Source: Hydrolagus affinis
Taxonomy: Eukaryota
Length of the DNA: 64,000 nucleotides
NCBI GenBank assembly: GCA_012026655.1
Contig: JAAILG010001155.1
Span: forward strand, 1 to 64,000
Reading direction: 5' to 3'
Part shown: positions 61,901 through 64,000 of the stretch, piece after piece
Layout: every line of letters starts with the position of its first letter
Numbering within the stretch: the first letter of the stretch is position 1
Made by a program: the position numbers and the translations under genes
The notes under the pieces: generated by a model
What the model was told of the DNA's origin: nothing
The model's database searches: none
Seen by the model: only the letters and a program-made list of their open reading frames with translations

Positions 61901-63931
61901 CAATCTAATTTACATTTATAAAGTGCCTTTCACATTGGGAGGATGAACTAGAGTCTCAAATGACATCACAGAGACGTCAATGCCCATCGTCCGTTGCACT
62001 TGGAACAAGTGTGCTTCAGAAAAGGAAAACTGCACACCTACTGACAGACCACAAACAAACCTTGATCACTCAATCCACAACTGTTTGTGGGACACTCTTG
62101 TGTGCAATGCGCTGCCATATTTCACCCACAAAGTAGACAGTCATATTTTGTGAAGCGCTTTGATACATCTGAATAAGGTGATAAGGCACTGCCTCAAAAT
62201 GCAAGGATTATTATTACTAAATCAGGTGTAAAGTTTCAAAATAAATAAATCTTTGGAGCAAAAGTGGTTTTACTACCTGACACAAATCCACATACCTACA
62301 TGTCTTATTGTAGGCAAAAAAGATCGATACCCAGCAACACTAAGAGTAATGTTTTGGAGTCCTATAGCTCAGTGGTTAAGAGCCTTACAAGCGAGAGACC
62401 TGGGTTCAATTCCAGGCAGGGAGAAACCTTGGGCAAGTTTCCTTACTCCACACACCTGATAATAATCCCTCAAAAAGAATTGGTCACTTCAATCCACAAC
62501 TGTTTGCAGGATACCGCAGTGCGCAATTGGCATTCAATTCACTTTATAGTATATTCAGTGAAGCGCTTTGAGACGTCCAGGAGACGTGAAAAAAGCGCTA
62601 TATCAAATGCAAGGATTATTATTACTGTTCACATATCTAGAGGAATACATTAATACTAGTGTACTATACGGTACTACACACCTTTACTTTTGAATATCAC
62701 ACACCGATCCAACCTTGAATCAAATCCACCCAGTGTTAGTGTGTGTGTATATTTTGTGCTATACAAAAGAATGTGATTTTTAAAAGCACTAAAATTGATT
62801 AAAAATTAGAATAATTATCCTGGCATTTGCTATAGCGCCATCATTGACTCTCACAGAAGCGCTTCACAGAATATACTGTAAAATAAAATGACAGCACATT
62901 TTGTGGAAGAAATATACAATACTACAAATCAAATTATAAATGCAATGTTGTTGTTGTTTTTATTAGTTTTGCATGCCGTGCACTCAGGATCCAAGAATGG
63001 ATGTTTTACCCAATACTTTTACATATTTTATCAAATGCAAGGATTATTATCTTACTTTATACACTTTTATATATTTTATCATATATTTTGTGCGTTTCAC
63101 CCACTTTAATTCACTTGACAGTATATCCTGTGAAGCACTTTGAGACATCTTGAAGAAATTAAAAGACAGTATATCAAATGCAAGGATAATTATTATTAAT
63201 AATAGTGAAGAAAGTCAACTAGTTACAGCAGAGTTCATCTATTCATACAGATCAGAATACCTTGCAGGAGTAGGTACAGTACCCACTGGTGGAAACTCTT
63301 CTAAATTGTTTAAGTTTAACGGACTGGAAGGAACAGGTGAGCTGGGTAAATCCACCCTTCTTCTTCTATTGCCGCTCCAATTTGGACTATCCTCTTCATT
63401 TGAGCTTCTCGCTAAGTCCTTTGTTATCTGCCGAATGGGACCCAACATATTCTTCTTCTTGGCACGTCGCTGGGATTGGCTTTCAGAAGTTGTGACAATG
63501 AACTGCCCGAGGCTGACCCTCTGAGCCGAGCGTCGCTCTCCCTGACGCGGTGAACCAAAGCAGACAGACTCGTGGCTAGCCACGCTGCTCAAGTCACCGT
63601 TTGATTTTGAGAAGTACGACAAACCACTGGACAGAGGAGACTGGAAGAAAATATCTGAGTTAGAGGAACTGTTCGGAGTTTCAGAGAATAACTGAGTTCT
63701 ACTCCCTTTTGGGGGGTCTGTATTATAGGTCCTTCGATCACTCGGATTACACTCACTCCGATCCCGATGGTAAGGGGGTCTCAACCCTTTTGCGGAGGAT
63801 GACTTTGCGGGCGTAGACGGGCCATTTGGTATTAGTTGATTCGTCTGTTCTCTTAAAAAGTTTAAAAGAAAGGGGACAAACTCTCTGTGCAGAGAACTGT
63901 AAGCCAGAAGCTGATCCTTCAGCTGATCTTT
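40783..63931 (-). CDS. CDAN1: CDAN1 (codanin-1) gene span (5'-partial; 27 coding exons in window)
   Basis: Codanin motifs [61 protein letters not shown] and RKITP. Exon lengths sum to 3,792 nt, in frame, ending TAA. Confidence 0.96.
41461..41574 (-). CDS. CDAN1: CDAN1 exon [19 protein letters not shown]...QCPLPK
   Basis: tag|CAA...AAA|gtaagt. Confidence 0.9.
41725..41918 (-). CDS. CDAN1: CDAN1 exon AGKIPLQY...LLSLWKDDF...[10 protein letters not shown]...RNLM
   Basis: tag|TT...ATG|gtgaga. Confidence 0.92.
42013..42076 (-). CDS. CDAN1: CDAN1 exon [21 protein letters not shown]
   Basis: cag|TAC...G|gtaagt. Confidence 0.93.
42208..42517 (-). mobile_element. tRNA-derived SINE, long variant
   Basis: Head GGAGTCCTGTAGCTCC; homologous to 14581-14923. 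Confidence 0.85.
42958..43065 (-). CDS. CDAN1: CDAN1 exon [14 protein letters not shown]...RTLQCRK
   Basis: tag|GAA...AAG|gtaagg. Confidence 0.93.
43595..43755 (-). CDS. CDAN1: CDAN1 exon [12 protein letters not shown]...[20 protein letters not shown]
   Basis: tag|CT...AAG|gtacat. Confidence 0.93.
43944..45226 (-). mobile_element. 5'-truncated CR1 LINE with degenerate reverse transcriptase
   Basis: Peptides [44 protein letters not shown] and LVRPHLE. The catalytic FADD motif reads FTDY; stops and frameshifts present. Confidence 0.93.
45481..45559 (-). CDS. CDAN1: CDAN1 exon [26 protein letters not shown]
   Basis: cag|GTA...G|gtactg. Confidence 0.94.
45858..45975 (-). mobile_element. CR1 3' fragment
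   Basis: CCTGCCTATTCCCCATACCCCTGCA. Confidence 0.55.
46097..46391 (+). mobile_element. tRNA-derived SINE, short variant
   Basis: TCAGTGGTTAGAGCACTCACC...AAGCGCTATCAAATGCAAGGATTATTATT. Confidence 0.87.
46564..46627 (-). CDS. CDAN1: CDAN1 exon [21 protein letters not shown]
   Basis: cag|A...TCG|gtgggt. Confidence 0.93.
47147..47698. mobile_element. Tigger-like non-autonomous DNA transposon (552 bp) inserted into a SINE
   Basis: TA|CAGGTACCCCTCCCCAACCACG ... CGCGGTTGGGGCGTGGTACCTG|TA; GC-rich interior; SINE tail sequence on both sides. Confidence 0.85.
47426..47527 (+). repeat. 42-bp minisatellite, about 2.4 copies
   Basis: GGGGTGGATGYGGAGAAGGTGGTGTGRTGGGTRACACGGAGT units start at 47426, 47468 and 47510. 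Confidence 0.9.
48245..48394 (-). CDS. CDAN1: CDAN1 exon [11 protein letters not shown]...AVAKGR
   Basis: cag|G...TT|gtaagt. Confidence 0.93.
48668..48771 (-). CDS. CDAN1: CDAN1 exon [34 protein letters not shown]
   Basis: tag|GCT...AA|gtaagt. Confidence 0.95.
49345..49478 (-). CDS. CDAN1: CDAN1 exon [10 protein letters not shown]...[10 protein letters not shown]...QRLQ
   Basis: cag|GT...CAG|gtaaca. Confidence 0.95.
49503..49820 (-). mobile_element. DeuSINE-type element abutting a CDAN1 splice acceptor
   Basis: TTGGCCAGGAAACTGGGAGAAACTC...GATCTTTAACATCCA...CATCTCATCTGAAGG...CTTGAACCCACAACC. Confidence 0.7.
50546..50600 (-). CDS. CDAN1: CDAN1 exon [18 protein letters not shown]
   Basis: cag|GAC...A|gtaagt. 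Confidence 0.95.
50818..50898 (-). CDS. CDAN1: CDAN1 exon [27 protein letters not shown]
   Basis: tag|ATT...TTA|gtaagt. Confidence 0.92.
50995..51076 (-). CDS. CDAN1: CDAN1 exon [27 protein letters not shown]
   Basis: cag|A...CAA|gtaagt. Confidence 0.94.
51440..51652 (+). mobile_element. L2 LINE 3' fragment (internally deleted)
   Basis: Peptide [18 protein letters not shown], followed by tail ...GGCACTACATAAATGCAAG(TTG)n. Confidence 0.7.
51665..51990 (+). mobile_element. DeuSINE-type element (core and tail)
   Basis: TTCAGATGACATGTTAAACCGAGG...GGTGAACGTTAAATCCCAT...GGTGTCCTGG...GCTGTGCAAAATTGG. Confidence 0.7.
52075..52241 (-). CDS. CDAN1: CDAN1 exon GVSVLNV...[14 protein letters not shown]...LLHLY
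   Basis: cag|GGA...AG|gtgagt. Confidence 0.95.
52847..52990 (-). CDS. CDAN1: CDAN1 exon DEKEHF...[15 protein letters not shown]...LRNH
   Basis: tag|GAT...CAT|gtgagc. Confidence 0.95.
53584..53698 (-). CDS. CDAN1: CDAN1 exon [19 protein letters not shown]...MDEQ
   Basis: tag|T...CAG|gtaagc. Confidence 0.94.
54320..54525 (-). CDS. CDAN1: CDAN1 exon MCKGP...KLKRLQERF...[14 protein letters not shown]
   Basis: cag|ATG...AG|gttggt. Confidence 0.95.
54726..54801 (-). CDS. CDAN1: CDAN1 exon [25 protein letters not shown]
   Basis: tag|G...AGG|gtaggt. Confidence 0.93.
55697..55912 (+). mobile_element. Tigger/pogo-like MITE (216 bp)
   Basis: 26-bp terminal inverted repeats CAGTAAAAGCCTGTTTATCCGGCACC and GGTGCCGGATAACCAGGCTTTTACTA (24/26 match), flanked by TA. 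Confidence 0.88.
55911..55975. repeat. (TA)n/(CA)n tract adjoining the MITE target site
   Basis: Read directly from the sequence. Confidence 0.85.
56116..56205 (-). CDS. CDAN1: CDAN1 exon [29 protein letters not shown]
   Basis: cag|A...AG|gtacag. Confidence 0.95.
56335..56588 (+). mobile_element. CR1 LINE 3' end
   Basis: TTTCAAAAGGGAACTAGATAAATA...ATGGGTCAAATGGCCTTCTTGTGCGCTGTAA. Confidence 0.8.
56939..57048 (-). CDS. CDAN1: CDAN1 exon VSLAF...[26 protein letters not shown]
   Basis: cag|GTG...AG|gtacag. Confidence 0.95.
57816..57936 (-). CDS. CDAN1: CDAN1 exon [19 protein letters not shown]...STAK
   Basis: tag|G...AAG|gtgaga. Confidence 0.95.
58115..58272 (+). mobile_element. Degenerate SINE 3' fragment
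   Basis: GTTTGTGGGTCACTGCTGTG...AAGTGCTTTGAGAAG. Confidence 0.7.
59014..59340 (-). mobile_element. Composite SINE/L2-tail element with G-rich spacers and an (ATCA)n end
   Basis: Tail GCGCCTTTCACGTCAAGAGGATGTCCCAAGGCGCT plus a duplicated GACTGTATATTTGT(G/A)GGCGAAA block. Confidence 0.65.
59581..59656 (-). CDS. CDAN1: CDAN1 exon [24 protein letters not shown]
   Basis: cag|AT...AC|gtaagt. Confidence 0.94.
59771..59893 (-). CDS. CDAN1: CDAN1 exon [22 protein letters not shown]...EVK
   Basis: tag|AG...A|gtaagt. Confidence 0.95.
60659..60855 (-). CDS. CDAN1: CDAN1 exon SKLLQL...[14 protein letters not shown]
   Basis: tag|G...G|gtaagt. Confidence 0.94.
61400..61621 (-). CDS. CDAN1: CDAN1 exon [13 protein letters not shown]...[11 protein letters not shown]
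   Basis: cag|T...AG|gtagca. Confidence 0.95.
61748..61870 (-). mobile_element. SINE 3' fragment
   Basis: Reverse complement of the shared SINE tail. Confidence 0.7.
62063..62216 (+). mobile_element. 5'-truncated copy of the same SINE
   Basis: TCAATCCACAACTGTTTGTGGGACAC...AAATGCAAGGATTATTATT. Confidence 0.8.
62356..62624 (+). mobile_element. tRNA-derived SINE, short variant, with intact A and B boxes
   Basis: GGAGTCCTATAGCTCAGTGG...GGTTCAATTCC...CAAATGCAAGGATTATTATT. Confidence 0.9.
63090..63203 (+). mobile_element. SINE 3' fragment
   Basis: TGTGAAGCACTTTGAGACATC...TATCAAATGCAAGGATAATTATT. Confidence 0.75.
63261..63931 (-). CDS. CDAN1: CDAN1 exon [30 protein letters not shown]...[14 protein letters not shown]
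   Basis: cag|AAA...AG|gtattc on the - strand; includes most of ORF 63239-63784. Confidence 0.93.
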
Positions 63932-64000
63932 CTGAAAACAGAAGTCAGAAAAGAATGGTGAAAAAAGTAACGATACAAAGATAACAGAAGCCCACAGATC

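Noticed and set aside
62356-62425. tRNA genes at the SINE heads (also about 660-728 and 14581)
   Set aside because: The anticodon region varies between copies, the acceptor stem does not close, and each head continues into a SINE body and tail.
1334-63931. U12-type or non-canonical introns
   Set aside because: All traced donors are GT without the ATCCT U12 signature, and all acceptors are AG.
1-64000. A novel multi-gene system, CRISPR array or prokaryote-type locus
   Set aside because: Coding signal is explained by STARD9, CDAN1 and TE remnants. I saw no repeat-spacer array or operon-like structure.

Overview
This is vertebrate genomic DNA, inferred from its repeats to be a cartilaginous fish and probably a holocephalan/chimaera. 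It holds two convergent, intact, multi-exon genes. On the + strand are 27 coding exons of STARD9/KIF16A (1334-38507). They encode the 3' part of a kinesin-3 motor, the neck, an FHA domain, a coiled coil, one 11,367-bp giant exon and a C-terminal START domain; the 5' exons lie upstream of the window. On the - strand are 27 coding exons of CDAN1/codanin-1 (63931-40783); the first exon lies outside the window. I traced every intron by hand: all are GT-AG and all phases join into open frames, about 4,947 codons for STARD9 and 1,264 for CDAN1. The introns contain a young tRNA-derived SINE, older DeuSINE-type copies, L2 and CR1 fragments, Tigger/pogo-like MITEs and a probable DIRS tyrosine-recombinase fossil. 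I found no evidence of a wholly new biological system. The best leads are: a missing beta-TrCP degron in the STARD9 loop-12 insert with a canonical one in the giant exon, a degenerate FHA 'GR' motif, clustered LC8-type TQT motifs, a possible extra 51-nt exon, and recursive-splice-type exon starts. All comparisons with human proteins and repeat consensi are from memory and need confirming by alignment.
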